Below are positions 28,351-38,623 of a stretch of DNA of 64,000 nucleotides, piece after piece. The stretch's first letter is position 1, and each line of letters starts with the position of its first letter. Below the pieces are notes generated by a model. That model had not been told where the DNA came from, ran no database searches, and worked only from the letters and a program-made list of their open reading frames with translations. This DNA is from an uncultured Christensenella sp. Its GTDB lineage: Bacteria > Bacillota > Clostridia > Christensenellales > UBA3700. Location: positions 2,961 through 66,960 of the forward strand of contig CASERZ010000003.1 of assembly GCA_949290515.1 (NCBI GenBank), in the 5' to 3' direction. Position numbers and translations under genes: made by a program.

Positions 28351-28379
28351 TTGACAAATACCCCCCGTAGATATATTAT
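28351..28379 (+). promoter_or_regulatory. candidate sigma-A promoter for leuS (TTGACA-17 nt-TATTAT)
   Basis: Consensus -35 with 17-nt spacer, about 40 nt upstream of the leuS ATG. Confidence 0.55.
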
Positions 28380-28419
28380 ATATGTATAAATTTTATTATA
28401 ATTTTTACCCGGAGTAATT

Positions 28420-30858
28420 ATGGATTTTATCGAAATCGAAAAAAAGTGGCAAAAAAAGTGGAACGACACAAAGCTCTACTCCTTTGACAAATCGCGAATC
28501 AAAGACAAATATTACGTGCTCGAAATGTTCTCCTACCCCTCGGGTGCAAAGCTGCACGCAGGACATTGGTACAACTACGGACCTACCGACAGCTACGCTC
28601 GCTTTATGCGTATGCAGGGTAAGGAAGTCTTTCAGCCTATGGGCTTCGACGCTTTCGGTCTGCCCGCTGAAAACTATGCTATAAAATCGGGTATTCACCC
28701 TCAGGACAGCACGCTCAAAAATATAGATACTATGGAAAAACAGCTCAAGGCTATGGGCGCGTCCTTCGACTGGGATTACGAGATAAAAACCTGTATGCCC
28801 GACTATTACAAGTGGACGCAGTGGATTTTCCTTCAGCTTTATCACAACGGGCTGGCTTACAGAAAAGAAGCTCCCGTCAACTGGTGTCCCTCTTGCAATA
28901 CCGTACTCGCCAACGAACAGGTAGTTGACGGCGCGTGCGAAAGATGCGGAACAACGGTACTCAGAAAAAACCTTACTCAATGGTTTTTCAAAATCACCAA
29001 GTACGCCGAGGAGCTTTTGCAAGGTCTCGATACTCTAGACTGGCCCGAAAAAACCAAAGCTATGCAACGTAACTGGATTGGCAAATCCTCGGGCGGAGAA
29101 ATAGAATTCAAGTGCGAAAGCGGAGACACGTTCAGAGTATTCACAACGCGTGCCGATACGGTATTCGGCGTATCATACGTAATACTCGCTCCCGAGCATC
29201 CTCTCGTAGACAAGATTACCACCCCCGAACAGAAGGAAGCCGTAGAAGCTTATAAACTCCAGTGCGCTAAGGCAAGCGAAATCGAAAGACTTTCCACCAC
29301 TAGAGAAAAGACGGGCGTATTCACGGGTGCATACTGCATCAACCCCGTAAACGGCGACAAGGTCCCCGTATGGATAGGCGACTACGTACTCTACTCTTAC
29401 GGCACGGGCGCGGTAATGGGCGTAGCAGCTCACGACGAAAGAGACTACGACTTCGCTAAAAAATTCAATCTGCAAATCAAACGCGTAATCAAATCCAAAG
29501 ACGGTCAGAACGACGATTTGCCTTTCTGCGATTACGGCGTAATATGCAATACAAATTCGCAGTTTGACGGTATGACTTCCGAAGAAGGCAAGGTTGCTAT
29601 CGTCAAATGGCTGGAAGATAAAAAACAAGGCGAGCTCAAGACGAATTACAGACTGCGCGACTGGCTCATCTCACGTCAGAGATACTGGGGCGCACCTATT
29701 CCTATCGTCTACTGCGACAAGTGCGGAGAAGTACCCGTACCCGAAAAAGACTTGCCCGTCAAACTTCCTTACAACGTCAAGTTCAAGCCCGACGGAAAGT
29801 CCCCTCTCGCTACCTGCGAAGAATTTATGAACACCACCTGCCCTAAGTGCGGCGGCAAGGCAAGACGCGACCCCGATACTATGGACACATTCGTTTGCTC
29901 GAGCTGGTATTATCTCAGATACCCCGACGCACATAACGACAAGATGGCGTTTGACCCCGAAATAATCAACAAGATGCTCCCCGTCGATAAGTACGTAGGC
30001 GGTGCGGAACACGCTTGTATGCACCTGCTCTATGCGCGTTTCTTCACAAAGGCTTTGCGCGATATGGGCTATCTCAAGTTTGACGAGCCTTTCAAGTCGC
30101 TCGTGCATCAAGGCACCATACTCGGCCCCGACGGTTTCAAAATGTCCAAGAGCCGCGGCAACATAATCTCCCCCGACGACTACGTTTCCAAATACGGTTC
30201 GGACGCTTTCAGACTCTATCTGATGTTCGGCTTCAGCTATATTGAGGGCGGCCCCTGGAGCGCAAGCGGTATGGATTCTATCACGAAATTCCTCGAAAGA
30301 GTGGAAAGAATCGTCGACAAGTCCGCTAAACTCCAAGCAAAAGACGGCGTAATCGGCAGCGAAGAAAAAGCCCTCAACTATACCCGCAACTATACTATCA
30401 AGAGAGTGTGCGAGGATATGAAAATATTCTCTTTCAATACGGCTATCGCGCGTATAATGGAATACGTCAACGACCTCTACAAGTACGACAACGCAAAGGG
30501 TGACGCTAAGAACACCGCTTTCTTTAAAGACTGCATAAAGGACCTCGTACTCTTGCTCGCGCCTTTCGTTCCTCATATCGCGGAAGAACTCAACGAGAGA
30601 ATAGGCGGTACTTACTCGGTATTCAATATGAGCTATCCCGTATGCGACGAAAAAGCTCTCGTCAAGGACGAATATGAGCTTGCCGTACAGGTAAACAGCC
30701 GTATGAAAGCAAAAATCGTAGTACCCAGCGACGCGGATAACAAGACGATAGAAAATATTGCTCTTGCCAACGAATCCGTAGCAGGCGCGGTCAGCGGATT
30801 GCAAATCGTAAAGGTTATCGTAATTCCCAAACGTCTCGTAAACATCGTCTGCAAATAA
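28420..30858 (+). CDS. leuS: leucine--tRNA ligase
   Basis: 812 aa. [14 protein letters not shown] (HIGH-type), FKMSKSRGN (KMSKS), CP1 editing insertion. Confidence 0.95.
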   Translation: MDFIEIEKKWQKKWNDTKLYSFDKSRIKDKYYVLEMFSYPSGAKLHAGHWYNYGPTDSYARFMRMQGKEVFQPMGFDAFGLPAENYAIKSGIHPQDSTLKNIDTMEKQLKAMGASFDWDYEIKTCMPDYYKWTQWIFLQLYHNGLAYRKEAPVNWCPSCNTVLANEQVVDGACERCGTTVLRKNLTQWFFKITKYAEELLQGLDTLDWPEKTKAMQRNWIGKSSGGEIEFKCESGDTFRVFTTRADTVFGVSYVILAPEHPLVDKITTPEQKEAVEAYKLQCAKASEIERLSTTREKTGVFTGAYCINPVNGDKVPVWIGDYVLYSYGTGAVMGVAAHDERDYDFAKKFNLQIKRVIKSKDGQNDDLPFCDYGVICNTNSQFDGMTSEEGKVAIVKWLEDKKQGELKTNYRLRDWLISRQRYWGAPIPIVYCDKCGEVPVPEKDLPVKLPYNVKFKPDGKSPLATCEEFMNTTCPKCGGKARRDPDTMDTFVCSSWYYLRYPDAHNDKMAFDPEIINKMLPVDKYVGGAEHACMHLLYARFFTKALRDMGYLKFDEPFKSLVHQGTILGPDGFKMSKSRGNIISPDDYVSKYGSDAFRLYLMFGFSYIEGGPWSASGMDSITKFLERVERIVDKSAKLQAKDGVIGSEEKALNYTRNYTIKRVCEDMKIFSFNTAIARIMEYVNDLYKYDNAKGDAKNTAFFKDCIKDLVLLLAPFVPHIAEELNERIGGTYSVFNMSYPVCDEKALVKDEYELAVQVNSRMKAKIVVPSDADNKTIENIALANESVAGAVSGLQIVKVIVIPKRLVNIVCK

Positions 30859-30909
30859 TTCAGGACAATCACAATCGTTCCCCCTATGCGAAGGGGCAAG
30901 GAGTAAAAT

Positions 30910-32169
30910 ATGTTAGACTTAAAATTCGTATGCGAAAACATTGAAGAAGTAAAGGAAAGACTTTCTCACAGAAGCGGCAAATTTGACCTCGAAGGTCTTG
31001 GAGAACTTGCCAACGAGAGAAAGGCTCTCATTCAGAACACCGAACATAAAAAGGCTACCAAAAATGCCGTTTCCAAGCAAATCCCTACTTTGAAAGGCGA
31101 CGAAAAAGCCGCAAAGATTGCTGAGATGAAGACTCTCGGCGACGATATCAAAGCCCTCGACGCAAGACTTTCGGAAGTAGAGGCTAAAATCAGCGAAATT
31201 ATGCTTACTATCCCCAATCTTCCCAACAAGGAAGTGCCTATCGGCGAGGATAGCGACGATAACCTCGAAGTGAGAAGATGGGGCGAACCCACTAAATTCG
31301 ATTTCGAACCTAAAGCTCACTGGGATATTGCTGAAGAAAAGGATATCTGCGACTGGCCCAGAGCAAGCAAAATATCAGGCGCGAGATTTACCGTTTACAA
31401 GGGTATGGGCGCAAGACTCGAAAGAGCTATATACAACTTTATGCTCGACACTCACACCTCCAACGGATATACGGAAATCTTCCCTCCCTTTATGGTCAAC
31501 AAAAACGCTATGATTGGCACGGGACAACTTCCTAAATTCGCAGAAGATATGTATTACGTCAACAACGAGGGACAGGACTTCTACCTCGTACCTACCGCCG
31601 AAGTGCCCGTAACAAATCTCCACAGAGAAGAGATACTTCCCTATGACGCACTTCCTATCAAGTACTGCGCTTATACCGCTTGCTTCAGAGGCGAGGCAGG
31701 TAGCGCGGGCAGAGATACGAGAGGTCTTATCCGTCAACACCAGTTCAATAAGGTAGAACTCGTAAAATTCACTACTCCCGAAACGAGCTACGACGAGCTT
31801 GAAAAACTCACCAACAATGCTGAGCAAATACTCCAACTTCTCGGTATCCCCTACCGCGTAGTATGCCTGTGTACGGGCGACCTCGGCTTCGGCTCGGCAA
31901 AGACTTACGACATAGAAGTATGGATGCCTTCTTACAACCGTTATGTGGAAATATCCTCCTGCTCGGACTACGAAGACTTCCAGGCAAGACGCGCAAGCAT
32001 AAGATACCGCGATAAGGACGGCAAAGTTAAACTCGTCCATACCCTCAACGGTAGCGGTCTTGCTGTAGGCAGAACAACCGCCGCTATTCTCGAAAACTTC
32101 CAACAAGCAGACGGCAGCGTGGTTATTCCCGAAGTGCTCAGAAAATATATGGGCGTAGACAAAATCTAA
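30910..32169 (+). CDS. serS: serine--tRNA ligase
   Basis: 419 aa. N-terminal coiled-coil arm plus class II core ([30 protein letters not shown]). Confidence 0.95.
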   Translation: MLDLKFVCENIEEVKERLSHRSGKFDLEGLGELANERKALIQNTEHKKATKNAVSKQIPTLKGDEKAAKIAEMKTLGDDIKALDARLSEVEAKISEIMLTIPNLPNKEVPIGEDSDDNLEVRRWGEPTKFDFEPKAHWDIAEEKDICDWPRASKISGARFTVYKGMGARLERAIYNFMLDTHTSNGYTEIFPPFMVNKNAMIGTGQLPKFAEDMYYVNNEGQDFYLVPTAEVPVTNLHREEILPYDALPIKYCAYTACFRGEAGSAGRDTRGLIRQHQFNKVELVKFTTPETSYDELEKLTNNAEQILQLLGIPYRVVCLCTGDLGFGSAKTYDIEVWMPSYNRYVEISSCSDYEDFQARRASIRYRDKDGKVKLVHTLNGSGLAVGRTTAAILENFQQADGSVVIPEVLRKYMGVDKI

Positions 32170-32175
32170 TATTTT

Positions 32176-33039
32176 ATGACTGAAAAGACCGCGTTCAATC
32201 CTACGGCTATACAAAAACCGCAAAAGCAAAGAATCTGGGAACTGGATTTTTTGCGCGGTATTTGCGTGCTTCTTATGATTTTCGACCATACGATGTACGA
32301 TATAGGCGGCCTTTTCTGCGACGCGTGGATTGCTACGGGCAAAGAATATATAATTATGCTCGTAGAACTCGCTCAGGATTATTATTCAAATTCCCAACTG
32401 CGCTTTACCGTACAAAAAATCGTCGTGTGGATTTTCGCACTGCTCTGCGGTATCTCCTGCTCTTTCTCGAGAAGCAACCTCAAGCGCGGTATTCAAGCGA
32501 CTATTATTGCGTGCATCATCACGATTGTAACTTTCTATATGGATACCGTAATCAAATTCGGCATACTCCATATGTTTGCCTTCTCGATACTCTTGTGGTG
32601 GTTTATCGACACGCTTTGCTGTCACAAGAAAATGATAACCGCAGGCGTGTGTCTCTTTCTGGGCGTAATGATTATCACTATGAACGAAGGCTTTATGTCG
32701 GTATACGCTGACAACGTACAAGCTTTTGCTAGCGACAACTCCAAATACTTCATAGGCGAATTTATGCTCGGTCATCCCAGCAGTTTCAGCTCGGCAGACT
32801 ATTATCCTATCTTCCCTACGACGGGCTATATGCTCATAGGCGCAGGCATAAGCGTACTTCTCTATCCCAAGAAAAAATCGCTCCTGCCGTGGCTGGGCAA
32901 ATACGACTGGTACAAGCCTTTCAACTTCTGGGGACGTATCGCAATATGGGTGTACGCTTTCCATCAGGTTGCGGTAGTAGTCATACTCGCGCTTATAAGC
33001 TTTTTGTTTATCACGCCGGGCAACTTTGTGGTAATATAG
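32176..33039 (+). CDS. DUF1624 / heparan-alpha-glucosaminide N-acetyltransferase-like membrane protein
   Basis: IWELDFLRGICVLLMIFDH at the N-terminus, followed by multiple TM segments. Confidence 0.65.
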   Translation: MTEKTAFNPTAIQKPQKQRIWELDFLRGICVLLMIFDHTMYDIGGLFCDAWIATGKEYIIMLVELAQDYYSNSQLRFTVQKIVVWIFALLCGISCSFSRSNLKRGIQATIIACIITIVTFYMDTVIKFGILHMFAFSILLWWFIDTLCCHKKMITAGVCLFLGVMIITMNEGFMSVYADNVQAFASDNSKYFIGEFMLGHPSSFSSADYYPIFPTTGYMLIGAGISVLLYPKKKSLLPWLGKYDWYKPFNFWGRIAIWVYAFHQVAVVVILALISFLFITPGNFVVI

Positions 33040-33124
33040 AAAAATTATACGTCAATAAAAATAAATTGTAATTTCCAAAGCGTTGCACTCAAAAGAATAA
33101 TTCACTTTGTAAATAATAAACATT

Positions 33125-33157
33125 AATACACTTTCATTATAGGGTGTATTTTATTTT
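33125..33157 (+). terminator. candidate rho-independent terminator
   Basis: AATACAC-(12 nt)-GTGTATT followed by TTATTTT. Confidence 0.4.
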
Positions 33158-33385
33158 GAGAAAATCCTTCTTAATTCTTTACTATATAAAAGGATTTGCC
33201 TGAACGTGGTAAATCGCCTTGCAAATCGGCTTTTACGGCGCGAGATGGACTTATATATAATATATTCAATTTATATTTTCAGACACAAACTAGACTGCAC
33301 GGCATAATGGGATTTTGCTTTTCATAACATAAAATCTTTAATCTGCGCTTCTATAAGAATTACGTTTATGCTTTATATATAAAGT

Positions 33386-33412
33386 CAAAAAGGACGCTCT
33401 CGCGTCCTTTTG
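33386..33412 (-). terminator. rho-independent terminator downstream of the LRR gene
   Basis: AAAAGGACGC-tctc-GCGTCCTTTT. T-tract on both strands. Confidence 0.6.
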
Positions 33413-33441
33413 TGTTTATGATTTTAAGACTTTGACTTTTA

Positions 33442-35091
33442 TCAGGGAATAAGGTCTACGCCCGCTATGCTCGACTCGGATACGGCGTCTGCAAGCAAAA
33501 GCAAGAATTCATTGATTTCCTGCGTGGTACCTGCCGACTTCAAAATACTTACTGCTATCGCAGGAGCCCCTTCGTCCTCAACTGCAAAACTGTACTCTTG
33601 CCATTCCCACGATATGGAAGGCGCGTAAACAACGTCGATATCGCTGTTAAAGAAAACGTAATCCCCTACGTTGTCCAAAGACATAGGAAGAAGAATATAC
33701 GCAAAATCCACGCCTGCGAACGCATACGCGCTTATGGACTTGATAGTCTTTATCTGCGTGCCGTCTTTTCCGTAGAATCTGAAAGTCTGTCCGCCGTTTC
33801 CGTTGGTGGAGTTTTCGTCGTAATTATCACCGAAGTATGCAAGTACTACACTGCCGTCCGCATTGGTAAGAAGTCCGTGAGTATATTCCGCAGCTGTGCC
33901 CGACTTACGGAAGTCCTCGAGCGCGATAGTCTTGTAATTCTCGTTTTCCGCATCGACGATGATATCGTTTCTCGCGTAAGAGGTACTGTTGGAATAAATC
34001 GCAAACGCACCTTCGCCTATGGTCTCTACGTTTTTGCTTACGGTAAACGGAGAAGCGTAGAGAAGTCTGGAACAACCCTTGAACATCTTTTCAGGAATAA
34101 CCGTCGTAGCCTCGGGCAAAGTTATAGTCGACAAAGAAGAACAGTTTTCAAAACAACCTACACCGAAAGCAATGTCTTTTGCATCGTCTGCAAATTTAAC
34201 TTTACTCAAAGACGTACAACTCAAAAACGCATTTTCGCCTACCGCCGTTACACTTGCAGGGAAAGCGAAATAGGTAAAGTTACTCTTGACGTTTGCAAAA
34301 GCTTTTTCTCCTATCGTAATGAGATTGGGGAAGTTTAAAGGAGCAGCTTCGTTGGACTTGATTATCGCACTGTAAAAAGCACTTGCGCCGATAGTCGTCA
34401 ATTCGCTGTTGTCGGCAACTTTAACGTTGCTAAGACGAGTGCAGTTGTAAAAAGCATTGTCGTCTATTTTCTCGAGGCTCTTTGCTATATACAAGCCCTC
34501 AAGACGGGTACAACCGTAAAACGCGCTGTTTCCTATCTCGAGCAAGGACTCGGGAAGATAAAATACGCTTTCGCTTACGTCCTCACCGTAGCTCTGCGAA
34601 CTATAGGAAAATACAAGCGAAGTACATTCGTAAAAAGCTTTTTCTCCGATAGCCGTCAAGGTCGAAGGCATATATACCTCTTTGAGCGCGCTGCATCCGC
34701 TGAAACACTCGTCGGGAATCTCCTTAAGCCCCGAAGGAAGCACTACCTTGGTAAGTGCAGTCAGTTTTTCAAAAGCCTTTTCTTCTATCTCAAAATTCGA
34801 ATAAGTGCTGTTGATGACAATGCTAGTAATCTCTTTTGCTTTGTCGTCAAACGCACCGCTTGCGATAGCTACAACCCTGTTACCTCTTATCTTGTCGGGT
34901 ATTACCACAGCGGTATCGCTGCCGTTGTAATCGGTGATCGTAGCTCTCGAGCCGTTGAGAGTATAGCCGAAACCGTCGCTGTAATCGCTCATTTGTCCCG
35001 CATCGACGATAAGCCCGATAATAGTACCGAGCGAAGCGATTGCGAGTACGAATACCGCGACTACTATGATAATCTGTTTTGTTTTGTTCAT
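33442..35091 (-). CDS. BspA-type leucine-rich-repeat (LRR_5) surface protein with N-terminal membrane anchor
   Basis: N-terminal TM IIIVVAVFVLAIASLGTIIGLIV. Repeated units of the type I(G/D)xxAFxxCxxLxxVxxP (AFYECTSL, AFYGCTRL, AFYNCTRL, AFLSCTSL, CFENCSSL). RBS GAGGT. Confidence 0.8.
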   Translation of the reverse strand: MNKTKQIIIVVAVFVLAIASLGTIIGLIVDAGQMSDYSDGFGYTLNGSRATITDYNGSDTAVVIPDKIRGNRVVAIASGAFDDKAKEITSIVINSTYSNFEIEEKAFEKLTALTKVVLPSGLKEIPDECFSGCSALKEVYMPSTLTAIGEKAFYECTSLVFSYSSQSYGEDVSESVFYLPESLLEIGNSAFYGCTRLEGLYIAKSLEKIDDNAFYNCTRLSNVKVADNSELTTIGASAFYSAIIKSNEAAPLNFPNLITIGEKAFANVKSNFTYFAFPASVTAVGENAFLSCTSLSKVKFADDAKDIAFGVGCFENCSSLSTITLPEATTVIPEKMFKGCSRLLYASPFTVSKNVETIGEGAFAIYSNSTSYARNDIIVDAENENYKTIALEDFRKSGTAAEYTHGLLTNADGSVVLAYFGDNYDENSTNGNGGQTFRFYGKDGTQIKTIKSISAYAFAGVDFAYILLPMSLDNVGDYVFFNSDIDVVYAPSISWEWQEYSFAVEDEGAPAIAVSILKSAGTTQEINEFLLLLADAVSESSIAGVDLIP

Positions 35092-35207
35092 ATTTACCTC
35101 AATTGAGTTTTGCTGTCTTATGTTGTCGGTCCTACAAGACTGTGCGCCTTAAGCGACCGTAATGTTTTTGCTGTCTACCGCCAAATCTCCCGAAAGATTC
35201 CACTTCG

Positions 35208-35366
35208 TCAAAGTCGAGCAGCTTCTCGGTATGACTTTGAAATTCTTGAGAGACAATCCGTCGACGTATCTCTCTCTTCGCTCTGCTCGCAAGATGCCAA
35301 ACATAAAGCAGCCGTCAATACCACAGTTGCCGTAGCAACAATTCCAAACAACCTTTTCCCTTTCAT
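35208..35366 (-). CDS. candidate 52-aa small lipoprotein (or 5' part of a frame-shifted lipoprotein gene)
   Basis: Own translation: GGGGAAAAAT-ATG MKGKRLFGIVATATVVLTAALCLASCEQSEERDTSTDCLSRISKSYREAARL*. Lipobox LASC. Too short for the ORF track. The overlapping 77-aa track ORF is in another frame. Confidence 0.3.
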   Translation of the reverse strand: MKGKRLFGIVATATVVLTAALCLASCEQSEERDTSTDCLSRISKSYREAARL

Positions 35367-35547
35367 ATTTTTCCCCACGCATACAATATTATATCACAGT
35401 AAATATCAAAACACAATAAAAAAGCGTTTTATATTACACGCGCAAGCGTATAAGTATGGTAAATTTTAAGCCCCTTACCGCCCTTTTTCTCTAAGGATAT
35501 TTTTTGTGCATACCGACAAACGCGTTTTCGTATTTTAGAATATCTGT

Positions 35548-37134
35548 CTATCGGATATATTTCCCTAGCAGACGGAGTGCGCAATTGATACCGTCAACCG
35601 CCGCCGACGTAATGCCTCCCGCATATCCCGCGCCTTCTCCGCAGGGCATAAGACCTTTGATATCGCTGTCACCGTTATCGTCCCTCAACATTTTAACAGG
35701 AGAGGACGAACGGCTCTCCACGCCCGTCAAAAGCGCGTCGGGATGCGCAAATCCCTTGAGTTTGTTATCGAATATTCCTATGGCTTGCTTAATACTGTCG
35801 GCAACGTATGCAGGCAGACACTCTCTCAAATCCGCAAATACCGTACCCAAAGGGTAAGTGGGCTTTACCTCACCGAAAGACGTCGAAACTCTACCCTCTT
35901 TGAAATCCCCGTATCTCTGACAGGGTGCTTTGTAGGACGAAGACAAAGAGTACGCAAGTCTTTCGTATTTACGTTGGAATTCGACTCCCGCAAGCACGCC
36001 TTGTCCTCCGAAATCCGGCGGCTCGACGCCCACCAAAAGCGCGGAATTAGAATTTACTCCGTCACGCGCAAAATAACTCATACCGTTGGTTACCACCGCA
36101 TTTTCTTCGGAAGTAGCGGGCATTACGTAACCGCCGGGGCACATACAGAAAGTATAGCACGACCTGCCGCTGTCCAGATGACAGGCAAGCTTGTAATCGG
36201 CGGGAGGCAGTTTACCCCCGCTAACGCCGTATTGCGCTATATCGGTATTTTTCTGAAGATGTTCTATTCTCACACCCACGGAAAAAGGCTTTTGCACCAT
36301 TGCGATTTTGCCCGTGAGCATCTCGAACGTATCGCGCGCGCTGTGTCCTACGGCAAGTATGCAGTCCTTGCAATCTATCCCGATTAGACCTCTGTCCGCC
36401 GTCTGAATATCCACGCTTTTCAGCGTGCCGTCAACCGTCTTTATCCCTACAAGCTTTGCGTCGAAATAAACTTCACCGCCCAGCTTTATAATATCTTCGC
36501 GCATATTGCGCACGACTTTGACGAGATTGTCTGTGCCTACGTGAGGTTTTGCCTCATAGACTATCTGCGCGGGCGCGCCGTATTTGACAAACTCGTGAAG
36601 CACTACGTTGATTTTGTCCGACCCTATGCCCGTATTGAGTTTGCCGTCCGAAAAAGTACCTGCGCCGCCCTCTCCGAATTGCACGTTGCATTCGGTATCC
36701 AGTATGCCCGTACGCTCGAATTCATCTATCTTTGCGCGCCTGTCCTCTACGCACTTTCCGCGCTCGAATACGAGAGGTTTCAATCCCGCCTTTGCAAGCG
36801 TAAGCGCGGCAAACAGTCCCGCAGGTCCCGTGCCTATTACTACGGGACGGACGTCGCACTTTACATTGTCGGGCAAAAGCTCCTCAATCGTGCATACGGG
36901 AGAATTGTATATGTCGGCATTTTTGTTTTTGCTAAGATATGCGCGCTCGTTTTTCAATTCGACGGCTACAGACAATACGTATTTAAGCTGTTTGTTTCTG
37001 CTGTCTAAAGAGCGTTTGATAATTTTGTAACTCTTTACGTCGCTCGCTTTAAGTCGCAACGCCGAATAAACTGCGTTGTCCAGCTGAATATCGGTATAGC
37101 CGACAGGCAATTTTAGCTGATTTAATCTAATCAT
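35548..37134 (-). CDS. FAD-dependent oxidoreductase (COG2509-like uncharacterised dehydrogenase)
   Basis: Start MIRLNQLKLPVGY at 37134 overlaps the upstream stop by 8 nt. Dinucleotide fold VVIGTGPAGLFAAL. C-terminal GEGAGYAGGITSAAVDG. Confidence 0.8.
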   Translation of the reverse strand: MIRLNQLKLPVGYTDIQLDNAVYSALRLKASDVKSYKIIKRSLDSRNKQLKYVLSVAVELKNERAYLSKNKNADIYNSPVCTIEELLPDNVKCDVRPVVIGTGPAGLFAALTLAKAGLKPLVFERGKCVEDRRAKIDEFERTGILDTECNVQFGEGGAGTFSDGKLNTGIGSDKINVVLHEFVKYGAPAQIVYEAKPHVGTDNLVKVVRNMREDIIKLGGEVYFDAKLVGIKTVDGTLKSVDIQTADRGLIGIDCKDCILAVGHSARDTFEMLTGKIAMVQKPFSVGVRIEHLQKNTDIAQYGVSGGKLPPADYKLACHLDSGRSCYTFCMCPGGYVMPATSEENAVVTNGMSYFARDGVNSNSALLVGVEPPDFGGQGVLAGVEFQRKYERLAYSLSSSYKAPCQRYGDFKEGRVSTSFGEVKPTYPLGTVFADLRECLPAYVADSIKQAIGIFDNKLKGFAHPDALLTGVESRSSSPVKMLRDDNGDSDIKGLMPCGEGAGYAGGITSAAVDGINCALRLLGKYIR

Positions 37135-38293
37135 CGTAACCTCCGACTGCCATCGCGCTTGCCCACGCCCATTGCAAATTGTATCCTCCGCACAAGCCGT
37201 CCACGTCAAGCACTTCGCCTATACAGTACAAGCCTTTGTGTCTGAGCGATTGCAGAGTATGACAATCGAAGCCGTCGGTACTTATGCCGCCGCTTGCAAC
37301 CTGTGCAAACTCCCTGCCCGCTACACCCGTAACGTTGACTTCGAAACGCTTGCAGGATTTTGCAAGCGCGCCTGCCTTTGCAGGGGACATCAACAGCGAC
37401 TTGTCCATAGGAGTACGGGACATTACGTTGATAGCCAAAGCTTTATGCAAAATACCTTCGAGAGGATTAATAGCATTGTCGTAGTCGAGAATCAACTGTT
37501 TGAGCTTTTCCTCGCTGTAATCGGGTACAAAGTCAATAATTACTTTGCAAGACGAGAATTTCCCCTTTTTGCGCGCAAGCATACTCGACAGTCTGAAAGC
37601 CAGCACGCCCGAGAGCGCATTATCCTTGAAAAGCATCTCTCCTCTCTCGCTCATAAGAGTTTCTCCGTCAACGACTATTTGCGCGAGGACTTTTGCCCTT
37701 ACGCCGTTGGCTCCTTTTATATCCTTGCAAAGAAGAGGCGCAATCGCGTAATTCACGGGCGTGAGGGAGTGACCCAGAGATTGCACCAGCGAATAGCTTT
37801 TGCTACCCGAAGTCGCGTCGCTTCCCGTAGCTAATATCAGCTTGTCGCAACTAAACTCGCCATTGTCGGTGAGTGCAATCCATTTGCCCTCTTTTCTCAC
37901 TATTTCTCTGACTTCGCATTGCGTTATTACTCGCACGCCGTAATTCTGCAGATTTCTCATAAGCACATTCAGCACGGTAGTCGCGCTTTCGCTATAAGGG
38001 TAAACTCTGCCTTCATCGTCAACGCGCGTCAACAGTCCCAGCGAAGAGAAAAACCCCACTACTTTTTGAGGAGGATATCTGTCGATAACGTCTTTGACAA
38101 AAGGCGTATTGTAATCGTCGGGAGTACAATTGATATTCGTGAGATTGCACTTGCCGTTTCCTGTTGAAAGCAACTTCTTGCCGATACGGTCGCTTTTTTC
38201 CAGCAAAACTACGTCCTCGCCCTTGCGCGCACAAACTATTGCCGCAAGAATACCGCTTGCGCCGCCGCCCGCTATAACAGTTTTTGTCTGCAT
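37127..38293 (-). CDS. HI0933/BaiN-like NAD(P)/FAD-dependent flavoprotein
   Basis: VIAGGGASGILAAI...STGNGKCNLTN and C-terminal CIGEVLDVDGLCGGYNLQWAW are typical of the HI0933-like family. RBS GGGAGG. Confidence 0.8.
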   Translation of the reverse strand: MQTKTVIAGGGASGILAAIVCARKGEDVVLLEKSDRIGKKLLSTGNGKCNLTNINCTPDDYNTPFVKDVIDRYPPQKVVGFFSSLGLLTRVDDEGRVYPYSESATTVLNVLMRNLQNYGVRVITQCEVREIVRKEGKWIALTDNGEFSCDKLILATGSDATSGSKSYSLVQSLGHSLTPVNYAIAPLLCKDIKGANGVRAKVLAQIVVDGETLMSERGEMLFKDNALSGVLAFRLSSMLARKKGKFSSCKVIIDFVPDYSEEKLKQLILDYDNAINPLEGILHKALAINVMSRTPMDKSLLMSPAKAGALAKSCKRFEVNVTGVAGREFAQVASGGISTDGFDCHTLQSLRHKGLYCIGEVLDVDGLCGGYNLQWAWASAMAVGGYDD

Positions 38294-38564
38294 ATCGACC
38301 TCCCTTTATCTTATGCCTTTAGGCTTATACGGCATCGTTACGCGCCAACCGAAAAGCAATCCGCAAAATATATACATATTATAACTTAATTTGCAATCTT
38401 TTGCAACAAAAGTCCAACTACTGCAAAACGCAGGCATACGCATTGACAAAAAAAGCATTATCATACGTCTTTGCCTATACCGTCATTTTTCCGACAGACA
38501 TAAAACAAAAAAAACCGCACTCCGCGCACAGGTAGTTTTACTGCGGTTTCCGTCAATCCGATTA

Positions 38565-38598
38565 TAAATAATAAAGGGACCGCACGCCGTGCGGTCCC
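38565..38598 (-). terminator. rho-independent terminator ending the giant-protein operon
   Basis: 10-bp GC-rich stem GGGACCGCAC/GTGCGGTCCC (3-nt loop), followed on the minus strand by TTTATTATTTAT. Confidence 0.7.
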
Positions 38599-38623
38599 TC
38601 TATCGGATTTGCTTTCAAATCAA

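Noticed and set aside
28277-28419. T-box leader upstream of leuS, and likewise upstream of serS (30859..30909).
   Set aside because: The leaders are ~40-140 nt and ~50 nt, too short for a T-box (~200+ nt). I could not find a specifier loop, T-box sequence or terminator/antiterminator pair. A plain promoter fits better.
28405-32289. Minus-strand ORFs of 205, 377 and 304 aa (28405..29022, 29671..30804, 31375..32289) overlapping leuS and serS.
   Set aside because: They are antisense to unambiguous aminoacyl-tRNA synthetase genes, and their translations have no recognisable features.
35149-35382. 77-aa ORF with a Cys-rich N-terminus (WNCCYGNCGIDGCF), considered as a possible Cys-rich peptide or RiPP precursor.
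   Set aside because: The Cys-rich part is the out-of-frame reading of a lipoprotein signal peptide that has its own good RBS and ATG. There is no RBS for the 77-aa start and no modification enzymes nearby.
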